Source of the DNA: Oligoflexales bacterium
Lineage (GTDB): Bacteria; Bdellovibrionota_B; Oligoflexia; Oligoflexales; Bog-1112
NCBI GenBank assembly: GCA_045105515.1
Contig: JBGCDR010000156.1
Span: 1-64,000, forward strand
DNA length: 64,000 nt
Direction of reading: 5' to 3'
The first letter of the stretch is position 1. Each line of letters begins with the position of its first letter. Of this stretch, positions 19,222-29,710 are shown in pieces. Below the pieces are notes generated by a model, which saw only the letters and a list, made by a program, of their open reading frames with translations, had not been told where the DNA came from and ran no database searches. Position numbers and translations under genes: made by a program.

Positions 19222-19548
19222 TTATTCACAAAACTTAATACTTTTGATAGTCCTTGGCAAAGCCACAGACTCAATCTCCATGTCTACATAGCGAAAAACT
19301 TTTCCAGAATATGATTTTGCTTTCTCTAAACTTGTTTGTAGGCGGCAATCCTGCTTCATAGTCTTGCGATTACGAGCACAAACTGGGATAAAACCTTCTT
19401 CAGTCTTGCCAATCAATTTTGGCTCAGGTTCCAATACCCAGTCACATTTTTTTTTGCCTTCAGAATCACATGCAATAAGAAAAGAAAGAGAAAACCCCAA
19501 AAGCATTTTTGATATCAATATATACAGAGTCAGTCTTCGCGTAAACAA
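19222..19548 (-). CDS. Small Cys-containing lipoprotein
   Basis: Hydrophobic leader ending LIAC, with four further Cys in the mature part. Confidence 0.7.
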   Translation of the reverse strand: MFTRRLTLYILISKMLLGFSLSFLIACDSEGKKKCDWVLEPEPKLIGKTEEGFIPVCARNRKTMKQDCRLQTSLEKAKSYSGKVFRYVDMEIESVALPRTIKSIKFCE

Positions 19549-19643
19549 GTTAAAATTGCATCCTTTTTTCTCTTAGCCTTCTTCCTCAGCAGCTGTGGTT
19601 TATTCACTATGACTAAACCATCTATTTTTGGCATTGGTTTCAT
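19530..19643 (-). CDS. Possible 37-aa basic peptide
   Basis: MKPMPKIDGLVIVNKPQLLRKKAKRKKDAILTCLRED, with an AAAGAGG SD 6 nt upstream. Confidence 0.3.
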   Translation of the reverse strand: MKPMPKIDGLVIVNKPQLLRKKAKRKKDAILTCLRED

Positions 19644-20150
19644 TCTAGACCTCTTTAATTATACCCGTAGTAAACTTTTGTTACCATTTCTCTTGAAATA
19701 AACATGAGCAAATCCACAAAGCCTAAAGCCCACTGGATTTGCCCGTAGAATAACATGATGGAGTCTTATGTTACCAATTTCACTGCAAACTACATGCCTA
19801 AAAATGCACCTGCATGAAAAATTTTTGCAAGGACCTCAAGACAAAAAATTATGTTCTAAGATCCCGACTCTAGCCTATTCAATAAACAAGTAGGCCCCTA
19901 CTGCGGCTATCACTAATTTAAGCTCAGGAACGCAACATTTTATCGCTGCAACCTAGGCACTTTTTAAGCATACCTAACTTGATAAATCTAGGACTTATTT
20001 AAAATATGAACGATTTTTTCATATTCTAGTATATGCAATTTCATATTTACCGATTTTTAGTCTTTGATGGTTTTTTTATTTACTGTATAAAGCCAGTAAA
20101 AAAATAGAACCACACCAGTTGCTTGACATTCATATTAAAAGGAAGAATTT

Positions 20151-21227
20151 ATGACTAATAAAACCATTATTTCCTATATGGATTTATTAATTCTTACTTT
20201 TTTATGTCTTATGCAGGCAAAATCCACTAAAGCAAATCATGCCATTAATTCTCTGATCTTCATCATCCATGAGGATGGCTTTTATGACTACTTTGATGGA
20301 AACAAGTACAAAAGTGCTGCAAAGGAATCGACTAAAAAAGCGAAGAATGTAGCACATACATTTACACAGGGGGAAGTATTCATCTTCAGGCAAAAACCTG
20401 TTGTAAAGAACTTTTTCCAATTAGCGAAAAAATCACTGACAGCTTACTACTATTCTGGTGGAGAGTTAATAAGTAAGAAAAAATATCATCGTGAAAATCA
20501 CAATACGAATTTTGAGATAGAGTTTGAATTCTATAACCTTAACTCTCAGACTGTTATAAATCCTGATCGTGAGCATATGCATGTATTTTACTATTTTGGT
20601 AAACCAATTCCAGAAATTCAGACACCAGGTTACTCTAAATCTGTTGAGCACGGTATATTTAGTGCCAAAGAATTTTTTGGAGGACTAGCTAAATTCACCC
20701 ACGCATTCAAGAAAAAATTTGATGCATTGATCCTGGCTAGCGGATACGGAAGCACACCAGGTATGGTAGAAAAATCCATAAGAATCGCTGATTACTACAT
20801 TGCTTCATCAGGCCCTCTAAGCAATGTTTCCTATGAATTAACAAAGCTGGCAATTATAGATAATAGCCATCGCGAGCAACTTCATAACTTTCTAAAGAAA
20901 ATGGTTGATGCATCCTTTTCAACCCTCAAATCTAAATCCGTTGAAGAAGTAGGGATTAATCTATATGAAGGTGCTAAGATCAGACCTTTGCTGAAACCTA
21001 TTTCTAAGTCTTATAAAGAACTACTTGCGGAATTCAATAGCGATACTTATGCGAAAAAAAGTTTTATTGATTGCTCTAAACACCCCAGCTTTTTAAAAGA
21101 TGGAGAAAACTTCTTTCAATCTCAAGAATTACGAAATAGCATCTACAAAGTATATCGCAAAGCATATTATGGTTGGAGTTATGAAAAAATCTATAATTCT
21201 GGATGGGCTTGTCCTATATACCCATAG
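20151..21227 (+). CDS. Secreted clostripain/caspase-fold-like protein, catalytic dyad apparently lost
   Basis: Signal peptide; FYYFGKPIPE, KFDALILASGYG and ADYYIASSG align with the C11-like G-H, FDxxxxxxC and ADYxxAS pattern. Confidence 0.5.
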   Translation: MTNKTIISYMDLLILTFLCLMQAKSTKANHAINSLIFIIHEDGFYDYFDGNKYKSAAKESTKKAKNVAHTFTQGEVFIFRQKPVVKNFFQLAKKSLTAYYYSGGELISKKKYHRENHNTNFEIEFEFYNLNSQTVINPDREHMHVFYYFGKPIPEIQTPGYSKSVEHGIFSAKEFFGGLAKFTHAFKKKFDALILASGYGSTPGMVEKSIRIADYYIASSGPLSNVSYELTKLAIIDNSHREQLHNFLKKMVDASFSTLKSKSVEEVGINLYEGAKIRPLLKPISKSYKELLAEFNSDTYAKKSFIDCSKHPSFLKDGENFFQSQELRNSIYKVYRKAYYGWSYEKIYNSGWACPIYP

Positions 21228-21237
21228 GAATCTATTC

Positions 21238-22725
21238 TTACTTTAAGTTAGTTCCTTGAAATCTCAATTGGTCGAATATAAGCACGTCGTTACACAACTT
21301 ACTCAAATCACCAATTGTCTCCATGCCAGCTTGCATACTTGCAGCTTCAAGCATGATAGATACTTTATTCCGCGAAAATCCCGGATACGTACTCTCAAGA
21401 TTTCCAAAATCAAGGTCCAGGTCCAGGTTACTCCAGTTCATATCTTTACAATCACGTTGATTATTATTGAGCTCGCTTTGCTGCGGAGTAAAAATCGAAA
21501 TCCATAAAGAATCATCATTGAAAAGGGTTTCATTGCGAGGATCAAGCCCACATTCTGCAGCTGACGACTTTACGCAAATTTTGATATTCATAGTTTCTTG
21601 ACTTAAATCGGCGCCAGTAGCATCGTCACCAACATCTTGCAGCAAATACAGAGCGGATAATTTTGCTGTTGAAAACCCTGAAAAATCAAGAAACTTACTC
21701 ATCATTCGAATATCAACAAAACTAGAATCTTGACCATTACCAAATAAAAATAAAGAATTCTGCTGCGGTGTATCTCTATCGAATATTCTTAAGCCATTTC
21801 CCCAAGCTTCAGACTGAATCCAAAAATCTTCTATAGGGTTTAGCCTTTCAAAGTCGTCGCTGAGCATCATAAATTCTAAGACCTCGACTACCATATAAAA
21901 TTCTTGTGACTCAACTAAACCATCTAGAATTACAAAGCTAAAAGAATCAGCCCCGACAAAATTTGTCAGAGGAGTATAAGTCAGCATTCCTGTGCTTGGA
22001 TCAAAACCACTGATCGATCCAGACAAAGGCATTTGCTTCAATTGAAATACAATCGGCATTCCCGAGTCCAAACCGCCTGTAAGTTGCAGTTGGATGGACT
22101 CATTTTTTATCAATTTCAAACTTAACTGAGTTGGTGCAATGAAATTAGGTTTTACTTCCCCAGTGTTTTTTTGAGTTAATAAATCTTTTTCAGATGTTGG
22201 ATCAGCCAGACTCTGATCCACAATAGAATTTGACCTCGGAGCTGCACCTTCAATTTTTTCAACCACAGTTTCTAGCTTTGCAAGAGTGTCTTCTTCAATC
22301 TCTAAAACAAATAAAGTCGAACCATTTTCTTCCCAAACTGATCCAAGCTTGAAAATTTTTCCATCGATTTCAATTGACTGTCCCTTTTCAAGGGTCTGAC
22401 CTGCTAAATGATTGCTATCCAGGCGACACGATATTCTTTCTCCAGCTTCTGCCTCTGATTGTTCCTGCCCATATTGGCAGCTCAAGTAAGCCCCCGAAAT
22501 GACAGCTGGGCGCTCTGCGATAATCTCTTCTTCACCGTCTTGAGTATTTTCAGGAGCCTCAATATTTTCTGGAGATTCTAGCTTCTGGCCTTCTGCTAAT
22601 GCTGCATTTTGTTCTTTAATGTTCGAACCCTTGAAACCTGTAGATCCGCAAGAGAGTGAAAAAAAAGATATAAACCCACAAAAAACTAAACTGCCATATA
22701 ACTTATGGATACTTGAGTTTTCCAT
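21238..22725 (-). CDS. Lipoprotein with cadherin-like/Ig (Big_9-like) domain
   Basis: Lipobox SLSC; GSISGFDPSTGMLTYTPLTNFVGADSFSFVILDG motif; C-terminal beta-sandwich starting at LSDDFE. Confidence 0.7.
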   Translation of the reverse strand: MENSSIHKLYGSLVFCGFISFFSLSCGSTGFKGSNIKEQNAALAEGQKLESPENIEAPENTQDGEEEIIAERPAVISGAYLSCQYGQEQSEAEAGERISCRLDSNHLAGQTLEKGQSIEIDGKIFKLGSVWEENGSTLFVLEIEEDTLAKLETVVEKIEGAAPRSNSIVDQSLADPTSEKDLLTQKNTGEVKPNFIAPTQLSLKLIKNESIQLQLTGGLDSGMPIVFQLKQMPLSGSISGFDPSTGMLTYTPLTNFVGADSFSFVILDGLVESQEFYMVVEVLEFMMLSDDFERLNPIEDFWIQSEAWGNGLRIFDRDTPQQNSLFLFGNGQDSSFVDIRMMSKFLDFSGFSTAKLSALYLLQDVGDDATGADLSQETMNIKICVKSSAAECGLDPRNETLFNDDSLWISIFTPQQSELNNNQRDCKDMNWSNLDLDLDFGNLESTYPGFSRNKVSIMLEAASMQAGMETIGDLSKLCNDVLIFDQLRFQGTNLK

Positions 22726-22770
22726 TTACAAACCTTTAGAAAATAGGGCGCATCCTGACTGATAAACCTA

Positions 22771-22798
22771 GGATCGGATAAAGTAAACCAAAACTCAA
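22771..22798 (-). promoter_or_regulatory. Candidate sigma28 (FliA) promoter
   Basis: TTGAG-N15-TCCGATCC about 45 nt upstream of ATG 22725. Confidence 0.35.
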
Positions 22799-22869
22799 AA
22801 CCAATGCGATCAGGGAATATTTCTTCTTTGATTTTAAATATTTACAGGAGGTAGCATTTAGATAATAAT

Positions 22870-24597
22870 CTAAATATCAAAAACCTTTTCTCTGATTTCC
22901 CAAAAATACTTCTTTTTTCTAGCAACAATGAACATCGGCATCCTAAATTTTTCACTTTTTTCAACGATGTCGTCAATTCCTTTAAAAACTGAACTTATCC
23001 CGGGAGCTTTTAAGTGCATTCGGATGAATTTATAATAGAAGGCACCCATCTGAGCTGAGCCATTTAAATAGTGAAATTCCTTAAGACAGTTTCCATCTAC
23101 ATCTGCATAGGTTATTTCTAAGCGTTTTTTTTGTTTTTTATCTAAGACTGAGGCAAAATACATCGAATCTGGTCGCATAATATGTGCGTCTTTAAGGTTC
23201 ATGGCTTTTTTAAGTTTTTCATCTGGGTCAATTAAATCACCTTGACAATGTTGGCAAATTCTTGCTGCTATGTCATTTTCTCCTCCACACTGTTCACAAA
23301 CTTTAAAACGAAATCGATATTCACACTGGCGTAGTTTTTCACTTTGCGGATCCATTTTAGCTGACTTACACCTCCGACCAAAATGCTCTATCACAAACCC
23401 TAAGGGATCTTTTTTTCCCCAAAATTGGTTTTTAAAGCCACACTCAGGGCACGCTACTTCCACAAGCTCGGAATCAGATTTAGGCTTTTTTTCACTAATT
23501 TCGGGAGCAAAAATATTATAACCTTGACCAGTATAATCTAAAATCAGACAGTCTTTTTTTTTAGGAAATAATCGTAACCCCCTCCCAACGATCTGTTGAT
23601 AAAGGCTTACAGATTCGGTAGGCCTTAAAATAGCGACTAAATCTACATGGGGGGCATCAAATCCAGTGGTAAGAACTGATACGTTAACTAAGAACTTAAA
23701 CTCCTGATTCTTAAACTGCTCGACAATACGGTTTCTCTCTTCACAACTAGTCTCACCTACGATCAATGAGGATTTTTCCTTTGGAAGGAGTTTTAGAATT
23801 TCGTTTGCATGTCTTACAGATGCTGCAAAAATCATGATTCCTTGACGATGCTCAGCTTGATTAACAATATGCTCGACGATTCCCGGAGTAACACGCTCCT
23901 GTTCTTTCAAACATTGCTCTATGTCTTTAAGTGCAAATTGTCCGTCACGATTCTCGCTTAATTTTGAAAAATCATAGCACGCTACCGGAGCGTCGATCTT
24001 GATAGGCTGTGTAAGGAATCTATTTTTGATCATATATGCCAGAGGTAGTTCAAAAATACAGCAAGCGAAAAAACATTTTTGACTGCCAGCCTTAAAGCCC
24101 TTTGAGTGGTATTCATATATCCAGCCTTGCCCTTGCCTATAAGGGGTCGCTGTTAAGCCCAAAACACAGAGTTTAGGGGAGCGTTCTCGCAATTTTTCAA
24201 TAACCAGGTGGTATTGACTTTTCAAGTCAAGTGAAACCCTATGACATTCGTCAATTATCAATATTGAAAACTCGCTAAAAAAGCTGGAATCTGCTCGAGC
24301 TACTGACTGGATGCTACCGAAAATTACTTTGCTGGACGAGTTTTTCCTTTTAAGTCCAGCTGCATAAATACCCGCCCCATCAGCAATAGCCTTAAATTTT
24401 CCATAGTTTTGCTCAACTAATTCCTTAACATGAGCTAAAACAAGCACCCTGCCACGAGCAAGTTTTGCAAGTTCAGCTATGACAAGGCTTTTTCCGGCAC
24501 CAGTAGGCAAGACAATCAGGCCTGGCCTCTTATACCTCTGAAAATAATGGATTACTTTTTCAACCGCCTGCTTTTGGTAAGGACGCAGTTGGTACAT
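22870..24597 (-). CDS. radD: SF2 DNA repair helicase RadD (YejH)
   Basis: LRPYQ, LPTGAGKS, DECH, TAT, LTTGFDAP and QIVGRGLR motifs; Zn-finger CPECG...CEQCG..NDIAARIC. Confidence 0.93.
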   Translation of the reverse strand: MYQLRPYQKQAVEKVIHYFQRYKRPGLIVLPTGAGKSLVIAELAKLARGRVLVLAHVKELVEQNYGKFKAIADGAGIYAAGLKRKNSSSKVIFGSIQSVARADSSFFSEFSILIIDECHRVSLDLKSQYHLVIEKLRERSPKLCVLGLTATPYRQGQGWIYEYHSKGFKAGSQKCFFACCIFELPLAYMIKNRFLTQPIKIDAPVACYDFSKLSENRDGQFALKDIEQCLKEQERVTPGIVEHIVNQAEHRQGIMIFAASVRHANEILKLLPKEKSSLIVGETSCEERNRIVEQFKNQEFKFLVNVSVLTTGFDAPHVDLVAILRPTESVSLYQQIVGRGLRLFPKKKDCLILDYTGQGYNIFAPEISEKKPKSDSELVEVACPECGFKNQFWGKKDPLGFVIEHFGRRCKSAKMDPQSEKLRQCEYRFRFKVCEQCGGENDIAARICQHCQGDLIDPDEKLKKAMNLKDAHIMRPDSMYFASVLDKKQKKRLEITYADVDGNCLKEFHYLNGSAQMGAFYYKFIRMHLKAPGISSVFKGIDDIVEKSEKFRMPMFIVARKKKYFWEIREKVFDI

Positions 24598-24642
24598 GCT
24601 AGGGCTCCTGTAGTGAAATATACATTTTTCAGCGTAATAAAC

Positions 24643-24670
24643 TTCAGAACCAGTATATCTAAGCCGATAT
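24643..24670 (+). promoter_or_regulatory. Candidate sigma28 (FliA) promoter
   Basis: TTCAG-N15-GCCGATAT about 35 nt upstream of ATG 24705. Confidence 0.5.
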
Positions 24671-24704
24671 CTCCTGAAAGGAATCTAAACTAAATGTTAG
24701 CTCT

Positions 24705-26306
24705 ATGATATTCAAACTCATAATAATTCTTACAGCCTTTTGTTCAGGGTGCCGAGCTTTTAAGCCTGAGCTTAAGGCAATCAGAAAAATTGATGAAAAC
24801 AAGCCAAAAACCATAATTCAACCAGCAATCCCAGATGAAAGCGATAAACAAAAGCCGGAGGTTAAACATGTTGAAACCCTTACAGTCTTGTATATAAAGA
24901 TTAACGAAGTAGATGTTCCAACTTTGAGCTTTAAGAAGAATGACCCCAATACTTATGTAAAATACAAGGCTTGTAACAGTGAAAACAACTGTATTCGTGG
25001 AGAGGCTTATAAAGATTTGCATGCTATACGCAACTTCCCTCTTGGAATGGTCACTGTTTCTTTCCAAACTTGCAAAATCAAATCAGACTTATCTCAAGAA
25101 GAAAATTGCTCGATAATCAAAAGTTTTACAACTAACTACAGACCTGAAACCCCTAATGATAGCCCTCTTAGCCAGCTTCTAGGTGAACAAGCTACTTTGG
25201 AAGAACAGATGGGTGAACAGGCCAGAAAAATAAAAAGCATAAGCACCCATTTAGGTTCAATCATTGACCGATGCAAAGATCCAGTATTCAAACAAAAAGT
25301 AGGAGAAAAAGAAAGAGAACTCATCAAAAAAATAGCCCTCATGGATTTGGAAGACATCATCGATGCGTTATCTATAGCGGGAAACGTTGGTGAACTATGG
25401 GAACTATCTAAATTAGAGGATGAGCGCAAGAAAGCCGAAGAAAAAGAAAAAGATCTTGCAGCAGCCCAACAACAGGCAACTAAGATTGCAACTATGAATT
25501 TTTTGAACGGAATTCTATTAGCAGGAGCAGCAATAGGAACCTACAATGCCGTAGAGTCTGTCATTCATTGGCAATATTTTTGGCACCAGCAAAGAAATCT
25601 ATTTAATGATAAAGGTAAGAAATTCAGATTAAAACGAATTAAGAATTCTCCTTATTTTCATATTGAAGAATTTCCAGATCAAAAGTTCATAGAAGACCCT
25701 TTTACCCTTGAAAAATATTTGGTTGATCCGGGGAATAATAAGGAAACTAAGGAGATAAAACTACATTCGGGCAATGACAAACAGATTCGACTAATTAAAA
25801 TCGATGAAAAAAAATATAAATATACCCTAGAAGGGCTCATTTTGAAAAAATCCGACTCTAAATTATACCTTCCAAATAGAATTAAGAAAGATGGAATACT
25901 TAGCTTTGGCGAGGAGCTAGAGATTAAAAAAGGCCCTACTGGTGAATTTCGGTTTCATCCTAGTAAAGATGATAAAAATGATTTTAGATATAGGAAAGCT
26001 AGAAAGGACTATTTCTCTGAGCTCAGTGAATTTAGACACCCACACGATCCTTTAAAAAGCTGGGGTAAAACTAGTCGTTTTTATTCGGGCTCATTTCAAA
26101 CCATTAGTGTCCTTGGAGCAGTGGCGACTTTACTAATTTCTGGAATATTTTTCGAGGAAGGGTTTCACCTTAAAGATACAGAATATACCAGACCATGTGA
26201 AGATATCATTGCAAACCTTCATAAATATAACGAAGAATTTAAAAAATCTTATGCCATATACACAAGACTCCTACAGATAAAAATCGAAATATATATGATC
26301 ATCTAG
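24705..26306 (+). CDS. Hypothetical lipoprotein with coiled coil and two internal hydrophobic helices
   Basis: 533 aa; leader MIFKLIIILTAFCSGC; hydrophobic segments FLNGILLAGAAIG and ISVLGAVATLLISGIFF. Confidence 0.7.
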   Translation: MIFKLIIILTAFCSGCRAFKPELKAIRKIDENKPKTIIQPAIPDESDKQKPEVKHVETLTVLYIKINEVDVPTLSFKKNDPNTYVKYKACNSENNCIRGEAYKDLHAIRNFPLGMVTVSFQTCKIKSDLSQEENCSIIKSFTTNYRPETPNDSPLSQLLGEQATLEEQMGEQARKIKSISTHLGSIIDRCKDPVFKQKVGEKERELIKKIALMDLEDIIDALSIAGNVGELWELSKLEDERKKAEEKEKDLAAAQQQATKIATMNFLNGILLAGAAIGTYNAVESVIHWQYFWHQQRNLFNDKGKKFRLKRIKNSPYFHIEEFPDQKFIEDPFTLEKYLVDPGNNKETKEIKLHSGNDKQIRLIKIDEKKYKYTLEGLILKKSDSKLYLPNRIKKDGILSFGEELEIKKGPTGEFRFHPSKDDKNDFRYRKARKDYFSELSEFRHPHDPLKSWGKTSRFYSGSFQTISVLGAVATLLISGIFFEEGFHLKDTEYTRPCEDIIANLHKYNEEFKKSYAIYTRLLQIKIEIYMII

Positions 26307-26326
26307 TCTTGTTGAAACAACTCAAT

Positions 26327-28216
26327 TTATCCCTCACTAGCATGCCGATCCTCTTGGCCAAATATTTGCAGTGCAGAAATTAAGAAAGAAGCTGCCCCAG
26401 CACGAAAATGCGGCCCTGCTCCCGGGCTTCCATCAAGATGTTCCCACTCATAAAATGCGCCATTTGATAGAACCTTAACAGCAATTTCTCTCAATTTTTT
26501 CTTTGCTAAATCAGGATTGTACTGAGCTATTATTAGAGCCGCTCTCGCCCCAAACCAATCCCATTGACCACCATTTTGGTATTCATATGGCTGGATAATA
26601 GGATTTTGATAAGCTCCTTTGGGGTAAGCTGGAAACAAGACCCCGGAAATCGTCGAAACTTCATATTCTTCTTGATTGTTTATGATAGCCTGTACTACGG
26701 ACTTCATGGTTTTCGGGAGGATGAGACCTGCTTCAAATGCAAGGACTTGAGCACCAAGAGCAAAAACTTTCTCTTCATAACAGGGTATTACAGATGGCTC
26801 TAGATGATGGTGGATCTTAAAGAAACCAAGATCCCTCATCCAAAGATGTTCTTCTAAAAAGGCGACAATCTTATTTTCAGCATCTCCTAATTCTTCAAGA
26901 AAATTCCGAGTGAAAGGATGCTGTGGATCAGATGATATATAACTCTTAATTTGTTTACTTACCAAAACAAAAAGTGCTTGGGCATAGGTACTACATACAG
27001 CACTTCCACCATACTCCCTCTTTGTAGATCTTGCATTGTCAATCCCGTAAGGGCCAACATCGCCCCAATCAATGGTGTGGCCGCTAGTAATACAAGAATA
27101 CTTAGGATCATAACGCATCTTTAATACCCAACGAATTGCCTCTTCTATGAATTTAGCATGAGCTAGATCATTTGTTTTTAGCCTTAGCCATTCGGGCTTG
27201 AGCCGACCTTTTTCTATTGCAGAAAAAATAGAATGAACGAGCCATAGCTCCTGATCAGAACTAACGGTGTTCTTATCATATTCCTTTGCCTCAGCATGAC
27301 GCTTAAGTGCAACCCAGTCTGGCACTCCCAAAACTGGTCCTTGAAGACTAAAAAAAAGCTCGCTCCAGTGATAATTTTTACCTTCTTCGAAATTAAGGTA
27401 CCTTAAGAAGGCTCCTTGAATGGTAGCTAAATCCCTGACCCAAACCATTGGATACTGGCTACCAGCCTCACTCAACAAATACCTTGGTGCTGCTGTAAGC
27501 TCTGATACTTTTCGTGAAGATTCCAAGAGCCTGACAGCTCCCAAAGCTACCTGTTTAATCTCCCAAGGAACTGCTGGACTGTGTATCAAATCATCCATTT
27601 GTTGAGAGAAAGCTATTTGCTCATTATGAGATTTAGAAAACAAGTGCCTTACATCGAGTTTAATTCTATTTATAAAAGTAGTATTATCCTTGCTATCAAC
27701 TTGCCAAGCAACTCCCTCTTGCACTAGCTCCACAGAAAGTTGATAGCTATCTAATTCACTGGGACAATTTACAACAATCGATAGAGTTTGTACTCCATCA
27801 TTATGATTTGGATCCAAAGGTTCGAGAAAGAAGTGCCTTTGCCCTTCCCTAGGTTTCCCATCCTCTTGCTTATATAAACGATAACCTATATTGACAGGAG
27901 CAATTCCTTCCACAAACTCATGCCCAGAATTGAGGGTTGCATTGCTTTGATTACGAACTTTTATTTTCAAAACAAAGGGCAAACCTGCATAACAAATAAG
28001 AGAATTTTTTTGTTCAGAACTAAGTAACTTAATGCTAAGGAGGTGGCCATCCTCGATCATATTAAAATTTGAATGACCTTGCACTCCAACTGGCTCATCT
28101 TTTTTAAGCACACTCATTTTGATAAAATAATTTCGAACAAAAAGCACAGCAACAAGTAAAGCTAGAAGAAAAAGAGCTTTAACAATAAACCGCTTTTTGT
28201 TGAATAAATGAGGCAT
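26327..28216 (-). CDS. Membrane-anchored six-hairpin (alpha/alpha)6 glycoside hydrolase-like protein with an Ig-like domain
   Basis: N-terminal TM; LSVELVQEGVAW Ig-like motif; YPMVWVRD, DWGD, YQNGGQWDW and FYEW motifs. Confidence 0.75.
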   Translation of the reverse strand: MPHLFNKKRFIVKALFLLALLVAVLFVRNYFIKMSVLKKDEPVGVQGHSNFNMIEDGHLLSIKLLSSEQKNSLICYAGLPFVLKIKVRNQSNATLNSGHEFVEGIAPVNIGYRLYKQEDGKPREGQRHFFLEPLDPNHNDGVQTLSIVVNCPSELDSYQLSVELVQEGVAWQVDSKDNTTFINRIKLDVRHLFSKSHNEQIAFSQQMDDLIHSPAVPWEIKQVALGAVRLLESSRKVSELTAAPRYLLSEAGSQYPMVWVRDLATIQGAFLRYLNFEEGKNYHWSELFFSLQGPVLGVPDWVALKRHAEAKEYDKNTVSSDQELWLVHSIFSAIEKGRLKPEWLRLKTNDLAHAKFIEEAIRWVLKMRYDPKYSCITSGHTIDWGDVGPYGIDNARSTKREYGGSAVCSTYAQALFVLVSKQIKSYISSDPQHPFTRNFLEELGDAENKIVAFLEEHLWMRDLGFFKIHHHLEPSVIPCYEEKVFALGAQVLAFEAGLILPKTMKSVVQAIINNQEEYEVSTISGVLFPAYPKGAYQNPIIQPYEYQNGGQWDWFGARAALIIAQYNPDLAKKKLREIAVKVLSNGAFYEWEHLDGSPGAGPHFRAGAASFLISALQIFGQEDRHASEG

Positions 28217-28252
28217 AGAATTCTAGACTCCGTATTATAGCAGCCATTATAT

Positions 28253-28576
28253 CTAACTGTGTCCACTAAGCCTTCTAGCTCTGCGATTCCAAAATGTTTT
28301 GGTTACCAAGTTAAACCAGATAAAAAACAAGACCATAAACCCAAGCTGGCCTTGAAAAAATTGAGCTAGACCTAAAGTTTCTCCAAAAATAAGCCTCTTA
28401 GCCAGATATACAAAATTAAAGTACAATGCAAACCAAAAGGTCATCTTTACTATATGCATAGGTGTGAGTAACTGTGAAGGAATAAGCTTTAACCATAAAA
28501 ATGGAAACCAGACAAAGTTGGTATCTGAAAGCCAATTATGATAGTTTTCTAATTTATCCAAGAATTTCTTATTCAT
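28253..28576 (-). CDS. Small membrane protein
   Basis: 107 aa, Trp/Phe-rich hydrophobic segments, basic C-terminus WNRRARRL. Confidence 0.7.
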   Translation of the reverse strand: MNKKFLDKLENYHNWLSDTNFVWFPFLWLKLIPSQLLTPMHIVKMTFWFALYFNFVYLAKRLIFGETLGLAQFFQGQLGFMVLFFIWFNLVTKTFWNRRARRLSGHS

Positions 28577-28843
28577 GCCAATTCATAAACCATGTTTGTG
28601 CTATTGTTCCAAATTAACCGCAATTTAAGCCTATGAAAAGGATAAATCTAAACAAGCCTACTATGGAGTTTTCTTATTGGAAGCTAATCTACTAAGCGAA
28701 CAGTTGATTGCTAGGGACACCTACCTGAAAAAAGTAATTAATTTCTTTTTTTTATATAATAGGCAATAAAACATAAACCCTGGAAAAATTATGCGCATAC
28801 ATATTCGCATAAATTATTCTGCCGTGTTTATATTGCGTAGGTG

Positions 28844-29551
28844 TTAATAAAGATAACCTTCGGCATAAATAAGTTCTTTTTTCAGACCCAACATAAATTT
28901 AGCAAAATGGATCCACAACTTTTTTTTTGGTTTATTTTCAATCAACTTTTGGATCCTAAAAGAAACATCCTTACTATTATGGTTAAGAATTGTAAGATTA
29001 TTAATAAATTTATACTCGGCCACTGGGTCAAATTTAATCTTGTACTTCTGATACCAGGTATGATTTTTATGAAGGATATAATGGACGTTAACATTGCATT
29101 CTAGTAGGAGCAATGAAACGATTAGATCTAAATCTGTGTGAAACTTCTCGGGAAAAGTACCGTTTATAAGCACCTTCATGATTTCTCTAACTTGCCGACT
29201 AAAAAATTTCAGCCAATGCTTAAGATGTAGTTTATAAGACACGCAAGGATCGTCAGAACGCACTCCTGCTTCTATTTTTAGCAGTAGTAGGCTACGGTCT
29301 ATTCGTTTGGCGGCTTTTTTGAAAATATCGGTTTTGAGATAAAGTTGAAACCTTAATCGATCATGGAGGGAAGCACGATAAACTTCATCAATGATTTCTT
29401 TAGCCGCTTCTTCAACAATCTCATTCTTCAAGGCTTGGTTACGATCTATGTCAAACAGTGGCTTAATAGAGCTAATATCATTAAATGCATACGATTGGGA
29501 ACAAATTAAAAACTTCAAAACACCTGAAAATATGCATAACCTATAACTCAA
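28844..29551 (-). CDS. Hypothetical protein (possibly exported)
   Basis: 235-aa ORF; no recognised motif. Confidence 0.6.
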   Translation of the reverse strand: MSYRLCIFSGVLKFLICSQSYAFNDISSIKPLFDIDRNQALKNEIVEEAAKEIIDEVYRASLHDRLRFQLYLKTDIFKKAAKRIDRSLLLLKIEAGVRSDDPCVSYKLHLKHWLKFFSRQVREIMKVLINGTFPEKFHTDLDLIVSLLLLECNVNVHYILHKNHTWYQKYKIKFDPVAEYKFINNLTILNHNSKDVSFRIQKLIENKPKKKLWIHFAKFMLGLKKELIYAEGYLY

Positions 29552-29710
29552 CGAGAGACTCCATATATAGATATAACGCTAAATAATATGGAAAAAATCT
29601 GCTGGCTGTCAAGCTTTGTCCGGGGGAAAAAAGGCTACAAATTGGATAATACATTTAGAGCTAGCGTTTTAAACTTGATGCTAGGCATTCACACAGATAT
29701 TGAGGAAGTT

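Noticed and set aside
22870..24597. Helicase as a type III restriction or anti-phage component
   Set aside because: Size, motifs and Zn finger fit housekeeping RadD/YejH, and there is no adjacent methylase or nuclease.
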